A stretch of 64,000 bases of DNA from Haliotis rufescens (taxonomy: Eukaryota), in the NCBI RefSeq assembly GCF_023055435.1, contig NW_025963779.1, positions 71,796,001 to 71,860,000 on the forward strand, given 5' to 3'. Below the pieces are notes generated by a model that made no database searches, had not been told where the DNA came from, and was given only the letters and a program-made list of their open reading frames with translations. How positions within the stretch are numbered: the stretch's first letter is position 1; the number at the start of each line of letters is the position of its first letter. Of the stretch, positions 49,845 to 63,354 are shown piece after piece. A program made the position numbers and the translations under genes.

Positions 49845-51670
49845 AGCCATATCAGGACATAGTGTAGTCTCACGTTATCACACCTGGATTAGCATAACCA
49901 TATCAGGACATAGTGTAGTGCTATCACTCCTGCATTAGCATAGTCATATCAGGACATAGTGTAGTGCTATCACTCCTGCATTAGCATAGCCATATCAGGA
50001 CATAGTGTAGTGCTATCACTCCTGGATTAGCATTGCCATATCAGGACATAGTGTAGTGCTATCACTCCTTGATTAGCATTGCCATATCAGGACATAGTGT
50101 AGTGCTATCACTCCTGGATTAGCATAGCCATATGAGGCAGGACATAGTGTAGCGTTATCACACCTGGATTAGCATAGCCATATCAGGCAAGGCATAGTGT
50201 AGTGCTATCTCATCAGGATTAGCTATGCCATATCAGACAGACTTTAGTGTTTTCACACCTGGATTAGCATAGCCATATCAGGACATAGTGTAGTGTTATC
50301 ACACCTAGATTAGCATAGCCATATCAGGACATAGTGTAGTGCTAACACACCTGCATTAGCATAGTCATATCAGGACATAGTGTAGTGCTATCACTCCTGC
50401 ATTAGCATAGCCATATCAGGCAGGACATAGTGTAGTGTTATCACACCTGGATTAGCATAGCCATATCAGGACATAGTGTAGTTTTATCACACCTGGATTA
50501 GCATTGCCATATCAGGACATAGTGTAGTGCTATCACTCCAGGATTAGCATAGCCATATGAGGCAGGACATAGTGTAGCGTTATCACACCTGGATTAGCAT
50601 AGCCATATCAGGCAAGGCATAGTGTAGTGCTATCTCATCAGGATTAGCTATGCCATATCAGACAGACTTTAGTGTTTTCACACCTGGATTAGCATAGCCA
50701 TATCAGGACATAGTGTAGTGTTATCACACCTAGATTAGCATAGCCATATCAGGACATAGTGTAGTGCTAACACACCTGGATTAGCATAGCCATATCAGGC
50801 AGGACATAGTGTAGTGTTATCACACCTGGATTAGCACAGCCATATCAGGCAGGACATAGTGTAGTGTTATCACACCTAGATTAGCATAGCCATATCAGGA
50901 CATAGTGTAGTTTTATCACACCTGGATAACCTACCCATATCAGGACATAGTGTAGTGTTATCACACCTGGATTAGCATAGCCATATCAGGACATAGTGTA
51001 GTGCTATCACTCCTTGATTGGCATAGCCACATCAGGACATAGTGTAGTGTTATCACTCCTGGATTAGCATAGCCATATAAGGACATAGTGTAGTGTTATC
51101 ACACCTGGATTACCATAGCCATATCAGGACATAGTGTAGTGTTATCACACCTGGATTAGCATAGCCATATCAGGACATAGTGTAGTGTTATCACTCCTGG
51201 ATTAGCATAGCCATATCAGGCAGGACATAGTGTAGTGTTATCACTCCTGGATTAGCATAGCCATATCAGGCAGGACATAGTGTAGTGTTATCACTCCTGG
51301 ATTAGCATAGCCATATCAGGCAGGACATAGTGTAGTGCTATCCCACCAGGATTAGCATTGCCATATCAGGCAGACTTTAGTGTTATCACACCTGGATTAG
51401 CATAGCAATATCAGGCAGGTCATAGTGTAGTGTTAACACACCTGGATTAGCATAGACACATCAGACATAGTATAGTGTTATCAAACCTGGATTAGCATAG
51501 ACACATCAGACATAGTGTAGTGTTATCACACCTAGATTAGCATAGACACATCAGACATAGTGTAGTGTTATCACACCAGGATTAGCATAGACACATCAGA
51601 CAAAGTGTAGTGTTTTCACACCTGGATTAGCATAGCCATATCAGCAGACTGTCGTGTTATCACTCATGGA
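49845..51670. repeat. Minisatellite, 46/50-bp unit GGATTAGCATAGCCATATCAGGACATAGTGTAGTGTTATCACACCT
   Basis: Direct inspection. Confidence 0.96.
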
Positions 51671-52829
51671 TTAATAAAGCCATATACCTATATTAGGAAA
51701 TACTGCAATGTTATCCCTCCTGGAGCTGACACAAGTTTTGTAATCAAATCCTACATGAAATGAATAAGGTAACCCATAATTAGCCCGCATACAGTTCCTA
51801 TCTCGGGTGATCACCCACCTAACAACTTTCCACTGTTGAAATCCAGTGTGTTCCCCAGCCCCCAGTTGTGTCAACTCTTCATACAAGAATGTAACACTGA
51901 GGACCTGCTGTGCCCTGGTTCCCACATCAGGCCAGGAAGGGTTAACTAATCTGTCAACCACAATATACCCTGTTTGTTGCGCATCTATAAATACATTATC
52001 CTACACCTGACAGTATCACTCCCGTCATCAGATAGATTAACCATCATAAATTTCTTTCTTTCATATGGAAGGATCCCATTCCACCCTATCCCTGTGTTCT
52101 GATCTGTATCTTGTGGTATATCTATGGCTTCTAAATCAAACCTACAGTTCTAGAGAGATGATACTCATATCTTTCCTTTGTGGCAATCATGAATAAACAT
52201 GGAGATATTTAGTTTCGTGTATATGATGTTAATATCCTGCCTTTGTGACAATGAAATATAAACACGGTCAGACATGGCGTCTCTCGAATAGTGGGGCTGG
52301 CACAACATGATACATGGTGGGATTTGGAAGTTGATTTGTTCTTACAAGATGATTCATATGTATGTATTCAGTGACTTGCTTACAGAACAAGTCACAAGTC
52401 TAATAAATCTTGACCTAAACTTTGCCCATTGTCCTTCATTGTTGGCCTATCAAGGCCTAACTGTTGATTTCAACAGCCACCTGAAGGATAAAATCAAGAA
52501 TCAAGCATTCTTATAGTAAAAAACACCCTCAAAAGGTAGGGTAAAAGATAGCTACATGTGGGAATAAATATTAGATGTTACTTGCTGTGAACCCCTACTT
52601 CCACCTATCCCAGGGTTCTGCCCAGACTGATCTTGTGCACATGTTCAGGACAGTCCCATTTTTGTTTTATGTCACCGAAGTCAGAACACTGCATTTGCTA
52701 ATCCTCAACACATGCTGACCACATGGAATTTGGGCTGGAACACAATTTCCAGGCACTCTACTGTCAGGTACCAGGGCATGTGCTACAGCCACACAGACAG
52801 TAGGCACTCTACAGCCACATAAAGTAAAG

Positions 52830-53815
52830 GCACTCTACAGTCAGACACTGGTTTCTCTCTACAGTCAGACACTGGTTTCTCTCTACAGTCAGACACTGGT
52901 TTCTCTCTACAGTCAGACACTGGATGCTCTCTACAGTCAGACACTGGATGCTCTCTACAGTCAGACACTGGTTTACTGGTTTCTCTCTACTGTCAGACAC
53001 TGGATGCTCTCTACAGTCAGACACTGGTTTACTGGTTTCTCTCTACAGTCAGACACTGGATGCTCTCTACAGTCAGACACTGGTTTACTGGTTTCTCTCT
53101 ACTGTCAGACACTGGATGCTCTCTACAGTCAGACACTGGTTTACTGGTTTCTCTCTACTGTCAGACACTGGATGCTCTCTACAGTCAGACACTGGTTTAC
53201 TGGTTTCTCTCTACTGTCAGACACTGGATGCTCTCTACAGTCAGACACTGGTTTACTGGTTTCTCTCTACTGTCAGACACTGGATGCTCTCTACAGTCAG
53301 ACACTGGATGCTCTCTACAGTCAGACACTGGATGCTCTCTACAGTCAGACACTGGATGCTCTCTACAGTCAGACACTGGATGCTCTCTACAGTCAGACAC
53401 TGGTTTACTGGTTTCTCTCTACTGTCAGACACTGGATGCTCTCTACAGTCAGACACTGGTTTACTGGTTTCTCTCTACTGTCAGACACTGGATGCTCTCT
53501 ACAGTCAGACACTGGTTTACTGGTTTCTCTCTACTGTCAGACACTGGATGCTCTCTACAGTCAGACACTGGTTTACTGGTTTCTCTCTACTGTCAGACAC
53601 TGGATGCTCTCTACAGTCAGACACTGGATGCTCTCTACAGTCAGACACTGGATGCTCTCTACAGTCAGACACTGGATGCTCTCTACAGTCAGACACTGGA
53701 TGCTCTCTACAGTCAGACACTGGATGCTCTCTACAGTCAGACACTGGATGCTCTCTACTGTCAGATGCTGGGTCCCCTCATCAGTCAGGTGCTAGATGCT
53801 CTCGACAGTCAGACA
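52830..53815. repeat. Minisatellite, 24-bp unit with a 56-bp (24+32) higher-order unit
   Basis: CTCTCTACAGTCAGACACTGGATG. Confidence 0.96.
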
Positions 53816-54044
53816 CATCGGCAGAAATGCACTGTAGGCGAATAGAGATGGAACCGCTGTATCAGGACCTAGATAAACTGGGACTGCAGCCCAAACTATC
53901 AGCCGACCCTCTCTATGGTGGTGTCAAAAAGCTGCAGTAAATTCTCAACAAGCACCAAAAACCCACCATTACCATTTTTACAATCTTTGTCAGAAACAGG
54001 GCATCAACTCTGCTATGTAAGGCACCTCGACCTAACAACAGCAT

Positions 54045-55150
54045 TAAGTGTCTCTCCACAGCACTATGTGACAGTGACACACATGATCTGTTGTGTGAGA
54101 CCTCTACCTCTCCACAGCACTATGTGACAGTGACACACATGATCTGTTGTGAGAGACCTCTACCTCTCCACACCGCTAAGTGACAGTGACACACATGATC
54201 TGTTGTTAGAGACCTCTACCTCTCCACACCGCTAAGTGACAGTGACACACATTATCTGTTGTTAGAGACCTCTACCTCTCCACACCGCTAAGTGACAGTG
54301 ACACACATGATCTGTTGTTAGAGACCTCTACCTCTCCACACCGCTAAGTGACAGTGACACACATGATCTGTTGTTAGAGACCTCTACCTCTCCACAGCAC
54401 TATGTGACAGTGACACACATGATCTGTTGTTAGAGACCTCTACCTCTCCACACCGCTAAGTGACAGTGACACACATTATCTGTTGTGTGAGACCTCTACC
54501 TCTCCACAGCACTATGTGACAGTGACACACATGATCTGTTGTGTGAGACCTCTACCTCTCCACAGCGCTTTGTGACAATGACACACATTATCTGTTGTGT
54601 GAGACCTCTACCTCTCCACACCGCTAAGTGACAATGACACACATTATCTGTTGTGTGAGACCTCTACCTCTCCACAGCGCTAAGTGACAGTGACACACAT
54701 TATCTGTTGTGTGAGACCTCTACCTCTCCACACCGCTAAGTGACAATGACACACATTATCTGTTGTGTGAGACCTCTACCTCTCCACAGCACTATGTGAC
54801 AGTGACACACATTATCTGTTGTGTGAGACCTCTACCTCTCCACAGTGCAAAGTGACAGCGACACACATGATCTGTTGTGTGAGATCTCTACCTCTCCACA
54901 GTGCAAAGTGACAGTGACACACATTATCTGTTGTGTGAGACCTCTACCTCTCCACAGTGCAAAGTGACAGCGACACACATTATCTGTTGTGTGAGACCTC
55001 TACCTCTCCACAGTGCAAAGTGACAGCGACACACATGATCTGTTGTGTGAGACCTCTACCTCTCCACAGTGCAAAGTGACAGCGACACACATGATCTGTT
55101 GTGTGAGACCTCTACCTCTCTACACCGCAAAGTGACAGCGACACACATTC
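54045..55150. repeat. Minisatellite, 56-bp unit TGACAGTGACACACATGATCTGTTGT...CTCCACA
   Basis: Direct inspection. Confidence 0.96.
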
Positions 55151-56329
55151 CCTGTAGTGTGAAACCGCTTCATCTCTGAACTCCCAAAAGTCATGGGTCT
55201 TGAAAAGAATACTCTGGGTTCAAGTTACCCCTGCAGCTGATAAACTAATAACAGTTGTCATGCATGTAGTTTTTATGATGGCACTTCAACAGAACTGGGA
55301 TATGTTCAACTGCTTTTAAAGCTGTCACAGGCAGTCATTAAAGATTACTTTCTAGACATCTTTTATTACCCAGAAATAACATAAACACATTTTTACAATA
55401 AACCCATCCTCTGTAACAAGAAAGAATGTCAGAAGAGAGGCATATTCCAGCAATATGCCATCCGCATGCAGGATCACACTGATGCATCGCCATATAAAGG
55501 AGATGTACACATTCAAGGTATGTATCAAGAATGTCTTACAATTCACTGCAAGACACATCAAAAAGGCAAATGTTTAATGTCACTCATTCAGACTAACAAA
55601 GTCCCCAAAATATACTACTGTGTATCGCTGTGTACAAGGCAAGTTTTTCGTACCTAGAATTAGGGGGGTTTCAAAGAGGGTCGCCCTATACACAGGATAG
55701 AGGTGTTTTTATGTTTTCTTCCCCAAAGACAAAGATAACGTTAACACCATAACACCGGAAATACCATATCAACAATCCATACTGAAGTATGCAAAATAAT
55801 CTTGTAATTAAACTGTCTGGTTATAAAAAGAGTTCAATGTTTATCTGGACTTATGTTTGTGACCTGTTTTATTAATTTTATTCAAAATTTCTTTCAATAT
55901 TGCTTACATTCATTTTGGCGAAATTGTGTAAAGTGATGGTATATCGCACAACTCAAACATTATTTACAGCAACCACTATTGGTGCCTTGAAACAAATTTT
56001 AGTGGAAACAGAATGGATATATATATCATAAATGCCACACTTTGACTTGTTAAAAGTCATATTTGTTGTAGTTTGACTATTATATGTCAACATAAAGTTT
56101 TCACGAGCGCGGGAGCATTGACGGTGATTGAGCAAATTCTTCCTTACGTAAAAAATATCCAGCAAGAGCACCAAAGTGTTACGCTTGGGGTTATTAATTT
56201 ATTTCAAATATATATTGTAAATCTGCAACTAAAATATCAGGATGTTGGAACATATTATTCCTGTTAAAATAATTGTTTAAGATACAATCATTCCGATCAC
56301 ACACAGTGACACAGTGACTAACAGCCACA

Positions 56330-56545
56330 TTACCATCTCATCCTACCGGGTACCCACTCACTGCTGGGTGAACAGAGGCACATTTCGAACAAAGTCGCTT
56401 GCCCAATGAGACACCACATGTGGTACATGTGCTTCACTGTGGGGCCAGACCCAAGCCCTAGAAACTCTCAGGAGTCAAGCTGCTGAACGTGGTCACCCAT
56501 CCAACTACTCTCCGAGACCTGATTTGTGATCTGTGCGCTGTGCAC
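56330..56545 (-). mobile_element. 5S rRNA-derived SINE-like element with CORE-like body (family E)
   Basis: Minus strand AGTAGTTGGATGGGTGACC (cf. 5S rRNA AGTACTTGGATGGGAGACC), then TTGGGCAAG...CTCTGTTCACCCAGCAG...GGGTACC. Confidence 0.65.
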
Positions 56546-56554
56546 AGGACCACG

Positions 56555-57330
56555 GTATGACGGGATTCTGGACACATGAAGATATATCAGTACACAGGAT
56601 GAAGATATATCAGTACACGGGATGATGGGATTCTGGACACATGAAGATATATCAGTACACAGGATAGAGATATATCGGTACACGGGATGACTGTATTCTG
56701 GACACATGAAGATATATCAGTACACGGGATGAAGATATATAAGCACACGGGATGAAGATATATCAGTACACGGGATGAAGATATATCAGTACACGGGATG
56801 ACGGGATTCTGGACACATGAAGATATATCAGTACAAGGGATGACGGCATTCTGGACACAGGGATGAAGATATATCAGTACACGGGATGAAGATATATCAG
56901 TACACGGGATGACGGGATTCTGGACACATGAAGATATATCAGTACAAGGGATGACAGCATTCTGGACACAGGGATGAAGATATATCAGTACACGGGATGA
57001 AGATATATCAGTACACGGGATGAAGATATATCAGTACACGGGATGAAGATATATCAGTACACAGGATGACGGGATTCTGGACACATGAAGATAGATCAGT
57101 ACAAGGGATGACGGGATTCTGGACACAGGATGAAGATATATCAGTACACAGGATGAAGATATATCAGTACACGGGATGAAGATATATCAGTACACAGGAT
57201 GACGGGATTCTGGACACATGAAGATAGATCAGTACAAGGGATGACGGGATTCTGGACACAGGGATGAAGATATATCAGTACACGGGATGAAGATATATCA
57301 GTACACAGGATGACGGGATTCTGGACACAT
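56555..57330. repeat. Compound minisatellite (23-bp GATGAAGATATATCAGTACACGG plus GATGACGGGATTCTGGACAC modules)
   Basis: Direct inspection. Confidence 0.93.
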
Positions 57331-57334
57331 ACAC

Positions 57335-57930
57335 TATATTCTGGACATATCATGACAGTATTCTTGACATATCATGACAATATTCTGGACATATCATGAC
57401 AATATTCTGGACATATCATGACAATATTCTGGACACATCATGACAAAATTCTGGACATATCATGACAGTATTCTGGACATATCATGACAGTATTCTGGAC
57501 ATATCATGACAATATTCTGGACATATCATGACTGTATTCTGGACATATCATGAAGGTATTCTGGACATATCATGACAGTATTCTGGACATATCATGAAGG
57601 TATTCTTGACATATCTTGACAGTATTCTGGACATATGATGACAGTATTCTGGACACATCATGACAAAATTCTGGACATATCATGACAGTATTCTGGACAT
57701 ATCATGACAGTATTCTGGACATATCATGACAATATTCTGGACATATCATGACTGTATTCTGGACATATCATGACAGTATTCTGGACATATCATGACAGTA
57801 TTCTGGACATATCATGAAGGTATTCTTGACATATCTTGACAGTATTCTGGACATATGATGACAGTATTCTGGACACATCATGACAGTATTCTGGACATAT
57901 GATGACAGTATTCTGGCCATATCTTGACAT
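57335..57930. repeat. Minisatellite, 22-bp unit TATTCTGGACATATCATGACAG
   Basis: Direct inspection. Confidence 0.95.
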
Positions 57931-58739
57931 TCAGGGGATCATTATAATTGTATCTGTGACACATGAGGAAGGTAATCTGGATTGTGGACATAATCTGAGT
58001 GCACTGAAGTTAGCTAGGACCACAGGAACCCGTTTTTATCCAAGGTCACATTTCTCAAGCCTAACTTTGATCTACTACTGATGAAACATAAACATGTCCC
58101 AAAACAGCGACCTTTCAAGCGAGTGATCTCAATTTATCTTCCTGTCCTGGATAAACCTGTTTGTGCATCCAGTTTCAGGAAAACAGAAAGTCACACGTAT
58201 TCTCAATCAAAACCTAAAATATCAAATTTATCCATATAAAATACAACATTGATATGCAAGTTCTCAATATTGCCCTTTCCCTCAGAAAGTGTGCGAGTCA
58301 CTCACACATTCCTGGTACCCCTGTAAAGTTTATACATACAAATTACAACCTGAAATTGAGTGGAGCACTAACTGCCCCGTCCCCCATCTGTGGTGCAGTG
58401 TGGGGACGATGCATTACCCTAACAGAGTAGTGGACCGATTACATTGGGATTTCACAATAATCAACAGTTTGAATGTGTCCAATCAATAATTATTTCATCA
58501 TAACCGGTTAATGACATTTTTAATATATATTAATGTGGGAAATCTTTGATTTATATTTAGAGGTTGGTAGAACTGGAATGCACAAAACTAATTATTCACC
58601 TGATGGAAAAGATTGATTTGCAGAAGGTCACGTTTCCCTAACAACTTAGAGAAAAAGTAACTGGCAAAACCTAAAATTGCCTGGACCTCAAACCAGTTCC
58701 CTGGAAGTAACAAAAAGCCCAAATTCCAAAAGTGAACTA

Positions 58740-58787
58740 CAGTAAATCACGTTTATGACAAACAATCGTTATAACCATAGTTTACTG
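58740..58787. mobile_element. 48-bp internally deleted copy of the 19652-19810 MITE
   Basis: Its reverse complement matches both ends of the 19652 element; TA flanks. Confidence 0.7.
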
Positions 58788-61224
58788 TACTTTATCAGCA
58801 AGAGGCACATACTCTGCACAGGTGTGGTAAGAAATATCTTTAAAAATTACCTCCATAGTCATGATTTTCACGTGGTGTCCAACTTTGTCGAGTTCCACTC
58901 CAGAAAGGAAATTATCACAGACAGATTCAAGGACAGACAACCGAACATGCCATCAATAAAACCCCAATTATTTGTCTACAACAAAACTCCAAAACCTGAT
59001 GCTGAAGAAAACATGTCTTTCCCCGAGTTCTGCAGATGTAAAACATAGGAATTGAAAGTAATGTGAAATGTTTCAACTACTGTTTCCCTCACAACAAACT
59101 ATAACCATGAGTTGTGTTCTCCCATCTAATGTACCATCTGAGAAGTTCACCTCATGTCAAACAGCAGATGGGCAGAACGTTCACCTCACACACCAGGTGC
59201 TTTCAAGCTTCTCAGTACCAGAGTCATATGCATTACAGTATTTGTAGACATTTCCACAAATGCAAAAATGCAATGAAATAATACCAGATTAACTTAAGGG
59301 AAAGACAAATATACCAGATTAAGTTTAAGGGGAAAATATTCACAATTTAGCTTTTGGATATTAGGAAAAGTGACCATCTATAAGAAATGCAAGGCAATCA
59401 GAGTCAATAATTTGAAAAAGTAAATGGCAGCAAACAACATCTGTAGGGAACCTACGAATGCTTTGAAAATTCTGCAACCCCAAACATGTGACAATTTAGC
59501 TCGCCTATTTAAACAACAGGAAGTAACACATCATCTGTTATCTTCAGTTTTTCAGCACTTATTCAAGACTACCCTTAATGACCTTATGAGGAATTGAGCT
59601 TAAACTCTCCATAAAACTATCAAAAATGGTTACGTCATCTTTTGGTAGAACAAAGGTAGTCTGTCTCATAGTCCCTGATCCATATTACTTTCCCTTCCGC
59701 CCAGCCCTTTCTGAATGCAAAAGCACTAAATGAAGCAAGTCTAGATTTTCTTCAGGCTCATCTCACTGGGGCTCCTTTTCAATTTAAATGGAGTTATTTG
59801 TTCCTATCAAAACTACATATTTTCAAATGTATTAATCAAAGGGAGCAGTAAATATAACTCGGGGAAGAGAATGTTTTCTCAAATCTACCTAATCAAACTG
59901 AGATCATCTTGTTGGCCATCTTAGTGATAATCAGAAAGGTACAAGTACCCTATGCTTTTGATAGAGTTAGAGAACACGTCAGGCGCTGGGTGCCTCTAGA
60001 TTTTAACCTTTCTTGGACAGTCTAACTCTATTGTTTCCAAGTGACGGTAATGTATAGAATGGATAAAAAATTGCATATTGTGCTGAATCAGCGGGTGAGC
60101 TTCAGTACCTTTGGAGTATTCTTTATACTCGGCATTGATATCTAAACAAAGCTTACATTGTTGCAAGGACTATAATGGATTTATCAGTGACAAAAAAGTT
60201 TTCCCTAACACATGGAAATGTCAAGAATGTTTTGACTTGTTTGTTTTTTTAAAACCGTTGAGAATTGAGTCACACTGACCATGGCTGAAGCACCAGCCCA
60301 ATTCCCTGTAGGTCAGTGGAGCGCACACAACAATAGCAGCATTCCAGCTGCAACCCTATAGTGTTGATATCCTACATCTAGCTCAAGACAAATGCCAGGG
60401 CACCTTGTTCAACATTTTCTTGAGTCCTAGTCTCCACAATCTGCTGTTTAGATCCAGAGATTATTGGTGCTATCAGGCTAATGTGACAGAATGCATTACA
60501 GACCTGACTATCTCTCTCTGCCATGTTGCTGGATCATTAACCAGCCGAGCTCTGAACCACAGTTGACTTGGATTTCATCAAATCTAATAACAGCATTCAA
60601 GAAAATCAATTTACATTTCAAGCTGAAGTTTGAAGGAATTTTCATGAATTACAATCCTGAAGGGATTCAGAGGTCTGGCAGCAACAACTTCATCTCATTC
60701 ATGTCCAAAATAATCAAGAAATGTAACTTGCAAGGAGCCATTTGTTCCACATTATCAAGATGAAACTGAGGGTCTTTTCATGAGGAGAAGCAGGACTCAG
60801 CTGAACAGGAAAATAGCACTTCAGTTGGCTGTCATGGAGCTTGTGGAAAACATATTTCACTGTTGCAGGTGAAAGACCAAACAAGGGAAAATATGATCCT
60901 TCCAAAGATTACAGAGGCACTGAAAATGGTATTGAAATAGTACTGGAATGGTATTTCTTCTTCATCCAATCATATCTTGATACAGAAACACTGACAGCCA
61001 AACTCATGGCATTGGTTTAGTGTTGAGCATACACAGAATTACCAGCACTCCTCATTAAACGTTCAACGTTTCCTATTGAGAACATTGGGAGTGCTTCACA
61101 CACTGCCTTACATCCCTACTTTGAGACTGGTTCAAGGTTCTCTGTGCACTGTGCACCTGCTTTAAGATACATAGGGAAGGATTCTCTTCATGAGCCATTC
61201 CAACAAATCCTTTTTGGGCTGATA

Positions 61225-61500
61225 ACTTTGTTGTTTTTTGTTTGTTTGTTGTTTAACACAGCACTCAGCAACATTCCAACTATATGACGGTGGTCTGTAA
61301 ATAATCCAGTCTGGACCAGACAATCCAGTGGTTGACATCATGATCATCGATCCACACAATTGGGACACAATGACATAGATCAACCAAGTCAGAGAACCTG
61401 ACCACCCGATCCCATTTGTCGCCTCTTACGACAAGCATAGTCACCTTTTACGGCAAGCATGGGCTGCTGAAGACCAATTCTACCCCGGATCTTCAGTGGT
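61225..61500 (-). mobile_element. SINE-like family B copy
   Basis: Colinear with 8225-8507 over ~270 bp. Confidence 0.85.
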
Positions 61501-62384
61501 AAATAACTTTATGTAAACCTTTTGGTTAACATGTTTAATGTCAGGTATAACTGCACAGTGTGAGGAAATAAATAGGGTGTTTTGTTATTTGATTTTCATT
61601 CTCATGTAGCACCCAACCCAAAATAGCTCACCGGGACTCACCTGAGTTATTATTAAAGTTATTAAATATAATTTTGAACCAGAATGGTTGTACAATAGTG
61701 AAGATGAATAAGAAAATGAAGCAAACAGATGTTTCTATACGATAGACATCTTAACAGCATGTTCAGGAATTATACACTGATGAATGTAGATGGCCAAAAA
61801 AACAATTAGTCATGACTGCATGGAACTTGTGGCATCACAGTGGTACATGAATCCCAAGTGTTGATGTTGTGCCAACTCTCACTACACACAGACAAAATAT
61901 AGCATGTGCTATTGGGCATACCACATGCAGGGTTGACATGGGGCCACAGCACTGTAGCTCACCTGGATATGAGGTCACCAGTTTAAAATGTCAACAGAGA
62001 CAGCGCCTTAACAAAAGTTGCTGTCAACAGTGATATTCAAATATCTTCTGCAAAAATATTTAACACACACTAAAACACTCCTCTATGTCATCATTTGGAG
62101 AACATCATGCCAAAGTACAGCTTCCTCATTCTTGCAATCTCTTCAGAGAAGATGTTTACAGATTCAAAAATTAATTTTGAGAGAATATAAAAGCAAGGTC
62201 AAGAGAAGGTCAACATTTAAAGTATTGCAAGAATGGAAAATACCAAATGTCACTTCATTTTGACCAGAAATAACTGAAAAATGGCCATCAAACAGGCTTC
62301 TCTGGTGGACAAATTGAAAATCGGAACCATACATCTTTAAATCATACAAATTGGAGTGTTATCATTGGTGGAACCAAGCATGTG

Positions 62385-62553
62385 AGTGAGTGAGTGAGTG
62401 ATGCTTTACACATCTTTAAGCAATATTCCAGCAATATCACGGCGGGGGACACCAGAAATGGGCTTCACACATTGTACCCATGTCGGGAATCAAACCCAGG
62501 TCTTCAGCGTGACGAGCGAACGCTTTAACCACTTGGCTACCCAGCTGCCCCAA
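62385..62553 (-). mobile_element. SINE family A copy
   Basis: Same consensus; TSD CAAGCATGTG (62375-62384 / 62554-62563). Confidence 0.9.
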
Positions 62554-63048
62554 CAAGCATGTGGATGTATGGGTTCATTGGTCCTGTGGTTTCAGAGAGA
62601 AGGAGATGATTACGGCAGATGACGGACAAACAGGCGACAACACAAGCTCCCTTGACATTCAATCAGATGAACTAACAATTTAAGATGTCCGTTTGCCAGT
62701 TGTTACAAATTTCCTATTTTGAACAAAATTTCTTATAGCCAGGATTTACAACACAATGTTTCAGCTCAATTCAACAAATAGCTCTGGAGAAGTAATGCCA
62801 CTTGAATGTTATGGACCTCAGTGCAAACACTGAGGGTAGTCAGACAAGTAAATCTAAAAATTACTGCAGGACAAAAATAATGTTTACGTAACACAGCAAC
62901 TCTCCGTCTATTTGCATCTTGGTCATGTTCACTCTTCAGTGCTAAAGTTAATCTTGTTTTAAAAATCTCACAAGTGTAAGTGACAGGATGACATATTAAT
63001 GTCTGTGCAGAGAAACATGCATTCATGCTCTACCATTGTCGACAGCTG

Positions 63049-63149
63049 GGCCCCATTCCACATAGCCAACTTTGCACTACGATTGTCGTAAGTCTATGTT
63101 AAAGTATGGGAGTTCTGATCATCTGAGCACTATGATCGCTTTATGGGCC
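63049..63149. mobile_element. Small Harbinger-like MITE
   Basis: GGCCC...GGGCC ends with CTG on both sides; related copy at ~35378-35461. Confidence 0.55.
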
Positions 63150-63354
63150 CTGATCCAAATGAACAACCAAGCATTCTAAAATATGTTTGAAATTAGGACC
63201 TCTCCTAAGTTAGATAACTCTAACTGGAAGCTTAGTTCTGTTTTCAATCAAGACAAAGCACGTGCAAAATGTATTAACTAGAAGTTAATGCTGCTTTCTT
63301 ATTTATTACATCGAAATTTGAATAAGAAATTTTATCAACAAGCCAGATAGTCAA

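Noticed and set aside
52924-53940. 338-aa ORF and overlapping ORFs
   Set aside because: Product of the 24/56-bp minisatellite.
55640-56280. Possible DNA-transposon fragment (local composition shift)
   Set aside because: Could not identify TIRs, a TSD or a coding remnant.
56490-56515. 5S rRNA gene
   Set aside because: Only a short C-box-like segment embedded in a SINE-like body.
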